From Bugula neritina (Eukaryota > Animalia > Bryozoa): a stretch of 64,000 nt of DNA. A model generated the notes under the pieces. The model was not told the DNA's origin and ran no database searches. It was given only the letters and a program-made list of their open reading frames with translations. The DNA is taken from positions 10,546,973 to 10,610,972 of the forward strand of contig OZ037770.1 in assembly GCA_964035545.1 (NCBI GenBank), in the 5' to 3' direction. Shown piece after piece: positions 1 through 12,417 of the stretch; position 1 is the first letter of the stretch; each line of letters starts with the position of its first letter. The translations under genes and the position numbers were made by a program.

Positions 1-60
1 GATAGCCTATCCTGCTATATATCACTATACCATATCATATCATAATACTGTAACTTGCAG

Positions 61-1441
61 TAACAGTAGACGAGAGTTCTGGGGTACTGAGTGGTGGGGA
101 CTTGAACTTGCTAACAGATGGAGATCTCGTAACTACCGTCTGTGTAGATAGAGGTAGTGAGGTACGTGAGTTGTGAGTAACTGTTCTTCCTGTGTTGCAA
201 AGGTTGTGTGGTTAGAGCACTGGCTGAGACAGTATGTTGTTATTCGTTCGAATCTCAGTAGAGGTCATCTGTGATCATCTTCGCCGCAATGGAAAATAAA
301 TTCATAGACTAATTAAAAAGACTCTTCCAATAGGGGTTCCCACAGAGATGGTAGCTGTACAAACCCAGTATATGTAATTTGATAAAATTGCTAACTATGC
401 TGCCAATACATGATACTCAATGCCTATGATCTTGGCTGTTTGCAGCTGCATAATATTACTTCCTGTTTCGAAAAATAAGATAACTCCTAATGAGTTTTGG
501 AAAATAAAATTTAAGAGAATCTGATTCAGTATCATTATGGCCTAATAGTTATGTCTCAATGCCTCTTATTGGCTGATTATAAAGACTCTGTATTGTAGAA
601 TGTACCAAGGGTCACCTTTCTCATCAATTCACGTATTTCTATTGCCGAAGTGAGGATATGGGCAAGTCCAAACAATTATCGTAAGTTTTAAATAAAAATA
701 GTTAATTTGTAGCAAACGTTTATAATTATGACTTGTAGAATTATATAACTGTTGAACTATTTTGTAGCTTAATTCAGATTTTAAAGTCTCTTTATTTACG
801 TATATATGTGGAGTTCAGTAATTTTAACATAATATTAGTTCATTATACTTAATGGTGCTGTCTATATAGTAACTTCAGTATTCTATGTTGCTATGTATTG
901 CACTATAATTGGCATTCACAAAAAAGTATAAATTTAACTTTTAACATTTCTGTTCATATTGTTATAAAATTCATTTTATACCAATTGAAAACTAAAATAC
1001 AAGCGAAAAATCAACTATAAGCAAATTATATTAATATTGAAAAGACAATTACAACTTTAATCATCTGAAAAATAAAGCCGGCCGGGGAATCCAATCTACG
1101 TAGAATTTTAACTCATAAGAATTTAACAAAGTTATAACTGTGCTTGATCTACAAAAATGCTAAAAAATTGTTTTTGTATTAAATAAATAACACATTTGCT
1201 TTCATTCAATTGTTTTTTATCAATTTCAGATTTAGAACTAACAGAGGTAGGTATCAGGCAAGGTAAACAAAATGGTAATTATCGAAAACTTCATGAGGCT
1301 ACGCATGACCCAGTTAACTCTAACCCTATGGTTTATCCAAACGTTGAACTCTCCTTTGATGGAGTTCAACGAATAGAGATAATCAGAGACATGGCTGACC
1401 CTTTGTGCATGGCAGAAGTTGAAATCATTAAAACTAATTAA
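61..1441 (+). CDS. 3' part (last 3 exons) of a secreted PAN/mucin/F5-8-type lectin-like family gene (copy A); 5' exons presumably lie left of the window
   Basis: Exons 61-161, 599-680 and 1230-1441 have GT-AG boundaries and consistent phases (1,0,1). They encode ..TVDESSGVLSGGDLNLLTDGDLVTTVCVDRGSE/NVPRVTFLINSRISIAEVRIWASPNNY/HLELTEVGIRQ...ADPLCMAEVEIIKTN*. Exon structure matches copies B and D. The DG..T..C and LC..EVEI motifs resemble F5/8 type C / F-type lectin folds. Confidence 0.8.
195..375 (+). mobile_element. Degenerate tRNA-derived SINE in an intron of copy A
   Basis: A-box-like tggttagagc and B-box-like gttcgaatc. The 3' motif ggggttcccacagagatggtagct is shared with other SINE copies in the window. 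Confidence 0.55.
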
Positions 1442-2810
1442 AACCCAATGCTGAGAAAATGTGAAGCAGCTTTTTAAAATAACAATTTTTAGTTTTCATA
1501 TATATTGTAAACTTGTGAAAATTGATTACGCAAATCTATTCGGCTGCATGGCATGATTTGGTCACTGTAAGATGAAATATTAACATTTATGAAACAATAG
1601 TAGACACATAATCTACCATAAATAAGCAAAAATATTGTATGACTATTTTGTGTTGTGGAAGGTTGAAATATTTTGTTTTACTTTATTCCATTTATACTTA
1701 AATATATTGTAAGTGTTGTAACAATTCTACTATTGAAATGTCTGCTGCAGAATATAGAAAACTAAGGGGTTCCAAGTAATAATAAAGCTTATTGTGCAGA
1801 CAAGTCTTCTATAACCACTACAGTTTCCTGCTTGAAGAGAAAAATATCAAATCTCAATTTACTGCATGAAGTTAAATGTTACAATTTTTAATCACCAACA
1901 TTAACACCTTTAGCTATTTTTACTTATGCACACTGCTTTAGTCAAGAAACTATTTTCAGGAGCAAATTGCCATTTCAAGCTAAGTTCCATTTTCAAATTG
2001 AATTTAAAAAAATAAAATTTATTTTTGTTTACAATGAAATCCTCCTGCCTGATCAAAGTTATTGTCTGACTCAGAGATTTGAAAGAAGTATTAATTTACG
2101 CTTTGCAGTTAAACCACACGAATGAAAAAACTTAATGATTTGCCATATGATACCTACAATATAGTAGTCACTGGATTAGAACACAGCTACCTGTGCACCT
2201 AGCTACAATTAGCAGACAACTGGCGATTGCTGTGAAGTTATTTGTTAAGTTTTACTATATGACAGATCAATTGACTTTATCATTATAATGATGACTTGAG
2301 ATAACGTAAGCAATATGGCTTCTCTAAACAGTCATTCATCATTTTAGCAATATTATTAATAACTATACTGATTAACAAGCTAGGCTATATTATAGTCTCA
2401 CAGTCTTTAAATTTCGTAAAAGTGACTAATTAAAAGAGGCTAATTAATGATTTTCAACTATATCAATACTGCATCAAACTTTAGTAGAAATATTGATGTT
2501 ATTTATGATTTCAACTTTTTCACTTATGTTCAATATTTTTTCATTTAGACTATTCAAACCAATTATGCAATACATAGCATATATATGCAACTTTTTAATT
2601 TGAATATAGCATAAAAATTGTGTCAAATAATTGAATTATTAAATTATTATGCATCAATAAAAATCCAGAGTAACCGATGTTAATTGTTTTTAAGATGCAA
2701 GTTAATCTGATGTTTTGCCACCAGGCTTGCACGTGTAACCAAAACATTTTCTTATATGGCTATTGGGTTTCATCCCACTTATAGACAATTTTTTTATTTT
2801 GGTACAATAC

Positions 2811-2980
<170 letters not shown>

Positions 2981-2984
2981 AATT

Positions 2985-3027
2985 TGTGGACAGCAGCTGT
3001 TTCGGGATTTGTCCCCTCATCAGCACA
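2985..3027 (-). ncRNA. Minimal type I hammerhead ribozyme (Penelope-like element / retrozyme type)
   Basis: Minus strand reads UGUG-CUGAUGA-G-GGGA(CAAA)UCCC-GAA-ACAG(CUG)CUGU-C-CACA. It has both core boxes, stems I, II and III, and a GUC cleavage triplet (cut between 2989 and 2988). Confidence 0.85.
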
Positions 3028-3714
3028 GAACAGAGTACCATGGCCCACACCTTCGCAATAGTAGAAACTTATAGTTTTACTAAAGCATATTTAAAAGGTG
3101 TGTAAACTTAAGCCAGAGAGCTCAAGTGACTCTATAGGGGTCACCTAGGAGTCACGAGCATTGCAAAATGCTAGCAGCTTGAGTTTGTGACTGTTACTGT
3201 AAGTGGCTTGCTGGTGGCTTCTTTGTTTCCTATTATGTGCTAAATAATAGCATAAAATACATATATTACACTAAAATCTATAAATATCGTCCAAGTGGGA
3301 ATGGTCTAAGTAGAATGACACCGGCTATTGCTATAAGTTCAACTAACTTGATAATTTATGACTTAGTAAGCTATCAAAATTTTAAAAGACATCATTGCCA
3401 AAAGATTTTATTTTGCTATACTATTAGCAAAACAACAAATAAGAAACTGAAAGGGATATTGTAAGCAAATTTGAATGATTGCACAGCAAGTGTTCTAACT
3501 ATGAAAGTTTATTTTATTGGGCACAAATTAAAAGAGGGTTTTTATAAATAGCTGTTTAATTACTTAAGTTACTAAAATTATCTATATTACATATTGGCAG
3601 CAAAATGATTATTAATAAACTCTTAAAGATTATCTTAGCTGACAAATTGTTTTACTTAGCCTCATATTGAAACGATTATAGTACTGAGTTATTAGCTAAT
3701 TTCTGCTTCAGCTT

Positions 3715-6457
3715 TTACGGAGTTTCATAAACTTTAATTTCTCTTATGCAAAATGGGTCTGCGATGGTTCTGGTGATTTTCATTTCCGTAGCATCCTTAA
3801 AATCAGCATTGATGTTTTGATAAATCATTGGATTATTGTTGACTGCATTGTTAGATGCAACGTGAACAGCTGTATAGCTTCCACTGTCTTTTCTTTGTCC
3901 GATGTTCACGTACATTAACTCCGAAGCTGAATATAAATAGAAGGAATAATTTTTAAAATATGTTGTATTCAGCTGCATGGTTATTGCTTTGAATAATTGT
4001 ATATTATAATGAATTGATTTTTAAATGCACAGAAGTGAACTGAAACTGAACTAAAACCTTTCATGTGATTCTTTTAGTCATCATAATAAAAAATTCTATA
4101 ATACTAACCCAGTATTATAACACACACACACACGCACGCACGCACGCACGCACGCACACACAATTTTACTTTTCAGTCTTTTAGTAGCATTTTCTCACCA
4201 TAATCTCTTGTACCCCATATTCTTACTTCTGCTATTGAGGTTTTACCATTCAACATAATGTTAACTCTCGGAAAATTCTAGAAAAATAAATGTTCCAGTA
4301 CTGTTCTAGTACTATACATGCAATTTATGGTAGGCAATTAGATTTTATGCATTTGAGAGATATTCTGTGCACAAACTTAGTAACCTGTTAACGGATTAAA
4401 ACTATAAAATAATTCAACTTTGTGCAAGTAAAATAAGCAAAATTAAATTGCGACAAAAGTTTAGAGATGTGCGCTCACCAGCACTAAAAAGCACCTTTGT
4501 TTATAGAAAGTACTGTAGTAACTTTACTAAGTGGATTAAGATGCTGAATATTAAAGTTTAATAGAAATTTAGCAGTTTTCAACAAAGCAGAAAAAGCAAA
4601 ATTACAGGAGTGTCATTTTTCTTTAATGGAGCAGCTGTGGTGTGGTGGTTAGAGCGCTGACATAGGGGCCAGTGGCTTGAGTTCAAACAAAAAATTGCTA
4701 ATACATACTATACATGAATATTTAAGTTTTCATCCTACTTTTAAAAAAACTATTTGTATCAAAGGTTTTTGCAAGGGTAGTGATTATAAATTTGTGTGAG
4801 TTTTTAGGTTCATGTCTCTAGTACTAGGATTATAACATAAACAGTATAATTATAGGTATTAATGTAGAAACACCTGGTGCAGAGGCTACCATATTTGCAT
4901 GTATACTTCTTACCTCACCACCTTTATCTATGCAGACTGAAGTAGTAAAGTTTCCATCTACCAGAAAAGCTAAATCTCCATCAATTACTCCAGATCCATC
5001 ATAAACCGATACTGCAAGTCATGCACAATATAAATAACACGTTAGACAATTTTGTAAATTAGCATATTATAAGGTAATTAGACAAAGTTTTGTAAATTTT
5101 TATACCTAAAAGTCTTAAATATGATTATAAGATTTGAATTGTGTAACTTTTCTAATGGTTTGCCAATATTCCAGTTGCGTTGAGCTTGTTTCTAGGTTTC
5201 TATAAATGTAATTGTTTACTACAGAATTTGTAGAAATTAAGTTAAAATCATATAAAAAAAGAAACAATGCATAATAACGGAGTCTTATATAGAAGTTATA
5301 TAGAAGTTATATAATGTGAACTAACGGTCTGAAACAGGAAGTCCGACAGTAGCAAGAGTATAGAATATGGTTGTGGTTGTAGTAGCAGGGACTGTAGTTG
5401 TTGTAGTGGGGACTGTAGTTGTTGTAGTGGGGACTGTAGTTGTTGTAGTGGGGACTGTAGTTGTTGTAGTGGGGACTGTAGTTGTTGTAGTGGAGACTGT
5501 GGTTGTTGTAGTGGGAACTGTAGTTGTTGTAGTGGGGACTGTAGTTGTTGTAGTGGGGACTGTAGTTGTTGTAGTGGGGACTGTAGTTGTTGTAGTGGGG
5601 ACTGTAGTTGTTGTAGTGGGGACTGTAGTTGTTGTAGTGGGGACTGTAGTTGTTGTAGTGGGGACTGTGGTTGTTGTAGTGGAGACTGTGGTTGTTGTAG
5701 TGGGGACTGTTGTTGCTGTAGTGGGAACTGTAGTTGTACTGATAATTGGCTCCGTATCTTGTATCATAGTGTAGGTTACAAGGGAAACGCCCACTTCTTC
5801 ACACTGTCCTAGAGTTATCTCCCTTGACAAAGAGCAGGTGGCGCTAGTGCCGTCATATGTAACTCCTTGGCAATAGTCCTTTAAACTTAGGCACTTGGAT
5901 ACACACTTTAATAAGCTATAGACCTCCTGTATTTTTTCTTCAATTTGTGTCACACAACTACCATAAGGTTGTTTTTGTAACAGCATGGAGTCCACAGTGA
6001 TTGCCTATACAACACGTAGCAAATCAAATATAGTATAATAAAAAGTGACAATATAGTATATTGTTATAACATAACATAATAACAAACACGCATAGCTTAC
6101 ATATATACATACACACACGCACGTGCATATTTATAATTCCATACAACAAAAAACTTAATCCTATAGAACGTGACAATTTATCATCATTGATTGCTCTTTC
6201 GCTTCTAAAAATATATCTTATTTTGTATTATTTTATTTAGAAGCAATACTCTTAATATACAAATAACTTGCTTTGTGTTGTATGTATTTTACATTTCAAA
6301 CATTTAGCCAGCATTACTTGATACTCTATAGTACAACATTTTGAAAGCTTACAATATATAATAAAGCCACATAAAATGTTACATAACAACTTACCTTCAC
6401 TTTGCATGCTGTTAAATACAGAATAAAAAGCAGCAATACACTTCTGATCACCTTCAT
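3715..6457 (-). CDS. Secreted PAN/Apple + long Thr-rich mucin stalk + F5/8-type lectin-like protein (copy B, 376 aa)
   Basis: Five exons: 6457-6395 (MKVIRSVLLLFILYLTACKVK, signal peptide), 6004-5326 (PAN core CVSKC-x6-C-x11-C plus (VPTTTTT)n), 5011-4914, 4277-4199 and 3926-3715. All GT-AG, phases 0,1,0,1, 1131 nt open to the stop. Confidence 0.88.
5370..5740 (-). repeat. Coding 21-bp VNTR (~17 units) encoding V(P/S)TTTTT
   Basis: Plus-strand unit gtagttgttgtagtggggact repeated near-perfectly. Confidence 0.95.
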
Positions 6458-7094
6458 AGTGCTAGACTAAAATAAAGCGGGTCTTATACGTATTTGCAAT
6501 TATTTATATGATTAGGGATTAAGTAATAAGTAATAAGTGCTTTTATTTATTTGTTAAAAGCTATAAGCTGACAGCTGTTAATCAATATTTTTCAGCATTA
6601 AAATGTGTTACTGGCTAATAAATATACTCTGTACCAAAATTCATATCTACAGAAAGCTTAAATGGCCCTAAGCACAAGGGCACAGTAAAATTATATTTGT
6701 TTTGCAATATTTGATTATAGTTCTGAACCTTAAAGGCTGATATACTCTTTCAACAAAACAATAGATGAATGACTGCAATTAACAAATTGGAGTTTAAATT
6801 TATCAATAATATTTTTCAATAATTAATAAGATCCAGGATTCTTGAATTTGAAATTGTTTAATATGTAAATACAGTGTCGTAACAGGCTTAGTGCTAGAGG
6901 TGTCTTGTGTCTTTACTTAAAGCAAACTGAAGACATTTATTTGAGCCTTCAATATAAAATGTTTTAATTATTTTGATAGCAAGTTGTAGAGACAAATCTA
7001 AAATCAAATTCATTTTTATTGACTTGTACGTGGATTTTCGTGAACAGTTTAAATTATAAGTCTATATCATTGGTGTTGTTTATAAACTAAAGAA

Positions 7095-7770
7095 TATGCA
7101 GCCGAATGATGCCTTCACACTATCAAGTATTTGTACTCGCCAATACAGATACATGTCAAGATGGACCCTGGAATGCATCCAGGGTCCATCTTGATAGAGT
7201 GATAAAATTTCAAAAGAAAATTGTCCGTACAATTCACCGTATAATTCACCGCAAGCCTTTTGGATACCATTCTAAAGACCTGTTTAGAAAATCAGACATT
7301 CTGCCAGTTGACAAGTTGTACAAGTACAAACTGCTAATTAAAGCCCATAAAATCTACAATTCAGAAAGCTTTTCAACACACTCTCACTGTACTACTCATC
7401 ATCAGTTGCAATCTCTCTCTGTTCCATTTTATTCCTCATTTGCTGGTCAACGCAACTCAAATATTGTAATATCTGCACTGTGGAATAAGTTGTCTAAATT
7501 TTTAAAGATTATACAGCCACTTGGTAAATTTAAAGTGGAATTGAGGCATCACCTCCACTCTGTTGAGTGATCTGCGGTGCCTTGTATGGTAATGCCAACA
7601 TTGGGCCCGCGTACCACTAGCCATGCTATTTCGCACTGGGCTTCATCATAACTTCCGACAGCTTATTTTTATATATACTGTTATTTGTCACTATGTTTCC
7701 TTTTCAATTGTTTGTCTGCTCTTGTAACTTATACTAGTTGTAAAACACTATATTATGTTGAAATAAAACA
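7095..7770 (+). mobile_element. 5'-truncated LINE (CR1/L2-like) fragment: end of ORF2 plus 3' UTR
   Basis: ORF 7106-7570 has post-RT motifs (W.AS..HL..V..FQKKIVR.I, SK.LF....IL, WNKL...LK......KFK..L). It ends in aataaa followed by (CA)n. Absent from the duplicated unit. Confidence 0.75.
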
Positions 7771-8388
7771 CACACACCCCCACACACACACACACGCACG
7801 CGCGCACATTCATACAACAACTACAAAATTCTAAAACTTAACATAAATAACATATATATCAGGATATATGAGCATAAACAATGATTTTTTGCAACTTAAT
7901 TATTTAAATAGATCTGCAATTTATACAACTTTTATGCGAAACTGATTTAAATAAGTTGATAATAAAATTCCTTTTGTAAAGTTCTATGTTTTCAAAACTC
8001 AAAATATTTCAAAACTTTATGTTTGTATCTTGCGAGATCATGCATTGACACCACATTGTTGTATTATGTTACAAAAATTATTTTACATATAATACTATCA
8101 TATACGTATTTATTATGTTATGATGTTATATCAATGTGCTAAATCATATATTACTATATTAAAGCTCATATACACATATGTATGTATATGTTGCACAATA
8201 TTACATTATGTTATGATATATCATGTAGTGTTCCTATACTAAATCATGTGTTATTAATATACTGTATTATTTTCTATTTTATTTTGCGGTATTACTTACA
8301 TTATATATATATAAATGCCATTACTATGTTATTCTATCCTGCTATATCACTATACGCTATCATATCATATTACTGTATCTTGCAGTAA

Positions 8389-8731
8389 GCCTAGGGCCAC
8401 ACTGTGCGTATTTTCGCATGCGAAAATTAAAATCACAAGTAGCAAAGGTGTCCACTGTAGCGTCAGTGATGCGTGATAAAGAAAGCTTTCATTTTTAAAT
8501 CGCACTCGCTTTCAATAAAACGCAATTTACTGGAATATAGCACTAAATAAAGAAATTGGGCTCGCTGATTAACTACTAGCCAATTAGGTGACGACGACGG
8601 AGACGATTCGCACTTGCGTTGAAAATGCAGAGCGACAAGTGCGAATGTTTTCTCAACGCGTTCAGTGGACACCTTTGCTACTTGTGATTTCAATTTTCGC
8701 ATGCGAAAATACGCACCGTGTGGCCCTAGGC
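8389..8731. mobile_element. PIF/Harbinger-type MITE with ~69-bp TIRs and TAA TSD
   Basis: TIR gcctagggccacac.gtgcgtattttcgcatgcgaaaatt.aaatcacaagtagcaaaggtgtccactg at both ends. TAA at 8386-8388 and 8732-8734. The empty site cagTAAcag is visible in copy A. Confidence 0.9.
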
Positions 8732-8936
8732 TAACAGTTGACAAAACATCTGGAGTGCTGTGTGGCGGAGACTTGAACTTGCTAACAGATGGAGATATGA
8801 TAACTACCACCTGTGTTATAGATAAAGGTATAGTGAGGTAATTGAGTTGTGAGTACCTGTAATTTCTGTGTTGCAAAGGTCAAGAGGTTAGACACTGGCT
8901 TAGAAAGCACAAGGTCAGTGGTTCAAATACCAGTAA

Positions 8937-9270
8937 GCCTAGGGCCACACGGTGCGTATTTTCGCATGCGAAAATTGAAATCACAAGTAGCAAAGGTGTC
9001 CACTGTAGCGTCAGTGATGCATGGTAAATCAAGCTTTCATTTTTAAATTGCACTCGCTGTCAATTTACTGAAATGTAGCACTAAAATAAAGAAATTGGGC
9101 TCGCTAAATAACTACCAGCCAATTAGGTGACGACGACAGAGACGATTCGCACTTGCGTTGAGAATGCTGAGCGGCAAGTGCGAATGTTTTCTCAACACGT
9201 ACAGTGGACACCTTTGCTACTTGTGATTTCAATTTTCGCATGCGAAAATACGCACAGCGTGGCTCTAGGC
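8937..9270. mobile_element. Second copy of the same Harbinger-type MITE, nested in a SINE
   Basis: Same TIRs and internal sequence as 8389-8731. Flanks are TAA / CAA. It interrupts the SINE homologous to 195-375. Confidence 0.88.
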
Positions 9271-12232
9271 CAAGTTAAGACACTCTGCAATGTTGAGAAA
9301 AGCTTTTTGCTGCAACAGAAAATAAATCTGTAGCCAAATTAAAAACCAGTCCATTATAGGTTCTCACAGGGATGGTAACTATATATAGAGCATAAAACTT
9401 TATAAAATTGTTACTTATACAATGATTACGTGGTATGTATATTTGTGCTGAACACTTATACCTATGGCCTTGACTGTTTGCAGCTGCTTAATAATGTTAT
9501 AACATGTTTCTGAGAAATAAGAAAACTTCTAATGAGTTAAATGGAGATAAACAAAGCTTAAGAAAGTCTAGTTCTTAGTATTATAGCCAATAGTTAAGTC
9601 TCAATGCTGCCTATTGGCTGATTATAAAGGCTCTGTATTGTAGAATGTATCAAGGATCAGCATTCTCATCAGTATTTTTTATTGCCCAAGTGCCGATATG
9701 GGCAAGCCCACGCAATAATCGTAAGTGTTAAATAACAATACTTAGATTGTAGCAAATGTTTATAATTATGGTTTATGCAAGTATATGACCATTGAATTAC
9801 TTTGTAGTAAATTTAATTTAAATTTTAAGGTCTATTTATATGCAAGACAGTAACTCAAACAGAATATTGATTTATTAGCTTTAATCTTCAGTAACTTTAG
9901 TATACTTTATGTTGCTAATTACACTATGGTTGACATGTACAACGACAAATCTAACTTTAGGTTTTAGTGTGTTTATTTATTACATTGTGATATTTATTCT
10001 AACCTAAGAAAACTAAAATTATAACTGTGCAAGCTGGAAATTAGCTAAAAGCAACTAAAAGCAACTATTGAGAAGACAATTACAACTTATTTTTCTGAAT
10101 GACAACCCAGTGAACCCTAATCTATGTAAAATTTTAACTCATGTGATTTCACTTTAGTGAGATTTGCTTTCTAGTGAATGCCAAAACTTTATTTTTGTAG
10201 GACATAAATAAAAGTTTGCTGTCATTGAATTATTTTTATTAATTCTAGATTTAGAGCTAACTCAGGTAGGCATCAGGCAAAGTAAAAAGAATTGTGGTTA
10301 CCGATAACTTCAAGCAGCTACGCATGACCCAGTTAACTCTAACCCTATGATCTATCTAAACGTTGAACCCTCCTTTGATGAAGTTCAACGAATAGAGATA
10401 ATTAGAGACATGGCTGACCCTTTGTGCATGGCAGAAGTTGAAATTATTAGAAATAATTAAAATGCAATGTTGAGTAAAGTGTGAAGCAACTTTTTAAAAT
10501 AACAATTTTCAGTTTTTGCTCATTGTAAACTTGTGGAAATTTATTAGTAACATCTATTCGGCATAGCATGACTTTGGGCCTGTAAGATGAAATATTAACA
10601 TTTATAAAACAATAGTAGAAACATAATCTACCATAAATAATCAAAACTGATGTATATCATTATTAATTTTTTATGTTGTAGAAGCTTGGAATATTTTGTT
10701 TTACTTTACTCCGGTCATGCTAAAATATACTGTAATAGTGTTGTCATAATTCCACTATTGAAATGTCTGCTGCAGAATATAGAAAACTAAGGGATTCCAA
10801 GTATTAATGGGACTTACTGTGCAAACAACTCTTCTATAACCACTACAGCTTTTTTGTGTAAACAGGTGAATATGATTGTTTCTTACAACTTTCAACAACC
10901 AATATTAGCATTGCTAGCTCGCTAAATCTGAACATCACTTCATCCAAGAGATTATTTTGCAAGTCAGGTCTAGCTAAAGTCAGCTTCCAACCTCAAAGTA
11001 AAGTCTAAAATAAAAGGCACCTTCTGCTTATAATATATAGTGAAATCTTCATCTCTGATCCAACTTGTTTTTGGATTAATAAAATTTAAAAAAATTATAA
11101 TTTGCACATTGCAGTTGGAGTAAAACAAGAAACTCAAATTATTTCCATGTGATACTTTTTATATAGTGCAAGTGGTATGTCTAACTATAGATTAGAACAC
11201 GGCTATCAGTGCACCTAATTATAGCTGCAACTAACAGGCGACAGCTGCGGTCAAGTTATTTAAATTTTTCTATACAACATATTGGTTTATATAGCTGTAG
11301 TGTGTTATAATGATGACTTCACACAACATGGAACACTTATAGCGCTTTTCTAAATAGCAGTCATTCATCATTTTATGTGGCATTATTAATTACAGACAAG
11401 CTATAGTTTGTTAGCTTTTACACCATACATAAAACTCACATGATGTTATTGTAACGTATTAAACGTCAGTGAATATATTTGTATGCTTTAATTCCATTTT
11501 TTTACATTTTGAACCTTTTTTTTTCAGACTATTCAAAATAGTTATGAAACAATTAGTATATACATAATATGCTACCTTTTATTATAAACATAGTAGAACA
11601 ATGGCGCCAAATTATCGAATTATTAATCCATTTTGCATCAATAAAGGTTGTGTGAGTAACCGATCTCAAATGTTTTAAGATGCTATAGTTAATTAGTTAC
11701 CTTGTCGGCAAGTTTGCATTTGTAACTAAAATATATTTCTATATGCATGGCTAATGCTGTAGGTTCAACTAACTTGATGATTTATGACTATGTAAGCTAT
11801 CAAAGTTTTGAAAGACATCGTTGTCAAATAATTTTATTTTATTACACTATTAGCAAAACAATAGATAAGATACAAAAAAGAAATTAAATGCAACTTTACA
11901 AAACTTGAATAATTGCAAAACAAGTTTTCTGACTATGAAAGTCTATTGCAAATAGTGTAAAAAATAGCCTCTATCAAATGTTATAAGATATATTTAAACT
12001 AAATATAGTGTATTTAAATTGAAAACACAAATTTTGAAACATTTCATGGATTTTGGCAGTGCAGATAACAGCTTGGCTACTTAAATAACTATAACTGTCT
12101 ATATATATCTTACGTCAGTAATATCATCTGTTAAGAAATACTTGAAGATTATATTGGCAAACGAATTATCATGCCAACTACTCAGCCTTATACAAAAATA
12201 TTGAAGTGATGGTCTATCAGTTGATCTCTATT

Positions 12233-12394
12233 TAGGAGCAGTAGTAGAGGAATGGAAACAGCTTAAGTTCTTTAAATTTTTTATTAAACTTTGACTTGGG
12301 ACACGGGTTGAAATTTTTGAACGAACACAACTTCTTATGCTACATTTCTACTCTAGAAAACAGGCTTTTCTCCATTTCTCCTTCACTGCACTTA
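12233..12394. mobile_element. Short MITE (family 2) just downstream of the copy D stop codon
   Basis: Ends taggagcagtagtagaggaatgg ... catttctccttcactgcactta. Related to 32563-32726 and 41958-42105. Confidence 0.65.
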
Positions 12395-12417
12395 CCTCTT
12401 AATTTCTGCTTCTGCAT

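Larger units (their letters stand above)
8386..10460 (+). pseudogene. 5'-truncated pseudogene of the lectin-like family (copy C, duplicate of copy A)
   Basis: Exons homologous to copy A at 8386/8732-8837, 9644-9720 and 10249-10460. A MITE is inserted 3 nt into the first exon, there are +5 and -5 nt indels, and an in-frame TAA at 10305-10307 (AAA in copy A). No signal or PAN exons are recognisable upstream. Confidence 0.85.

Noticed and set aside
5367-5774. Val-rich plus-strand ORF
   Set aside because: Antisense shadow of the Thr VNTR in copy B.
8463-9333. ORFs of 137, 65 and 68 aa sharing LGPHGAYFRMRK
   Set aside because: They read through the non-coding MITE TIRs; no transposase motifs.
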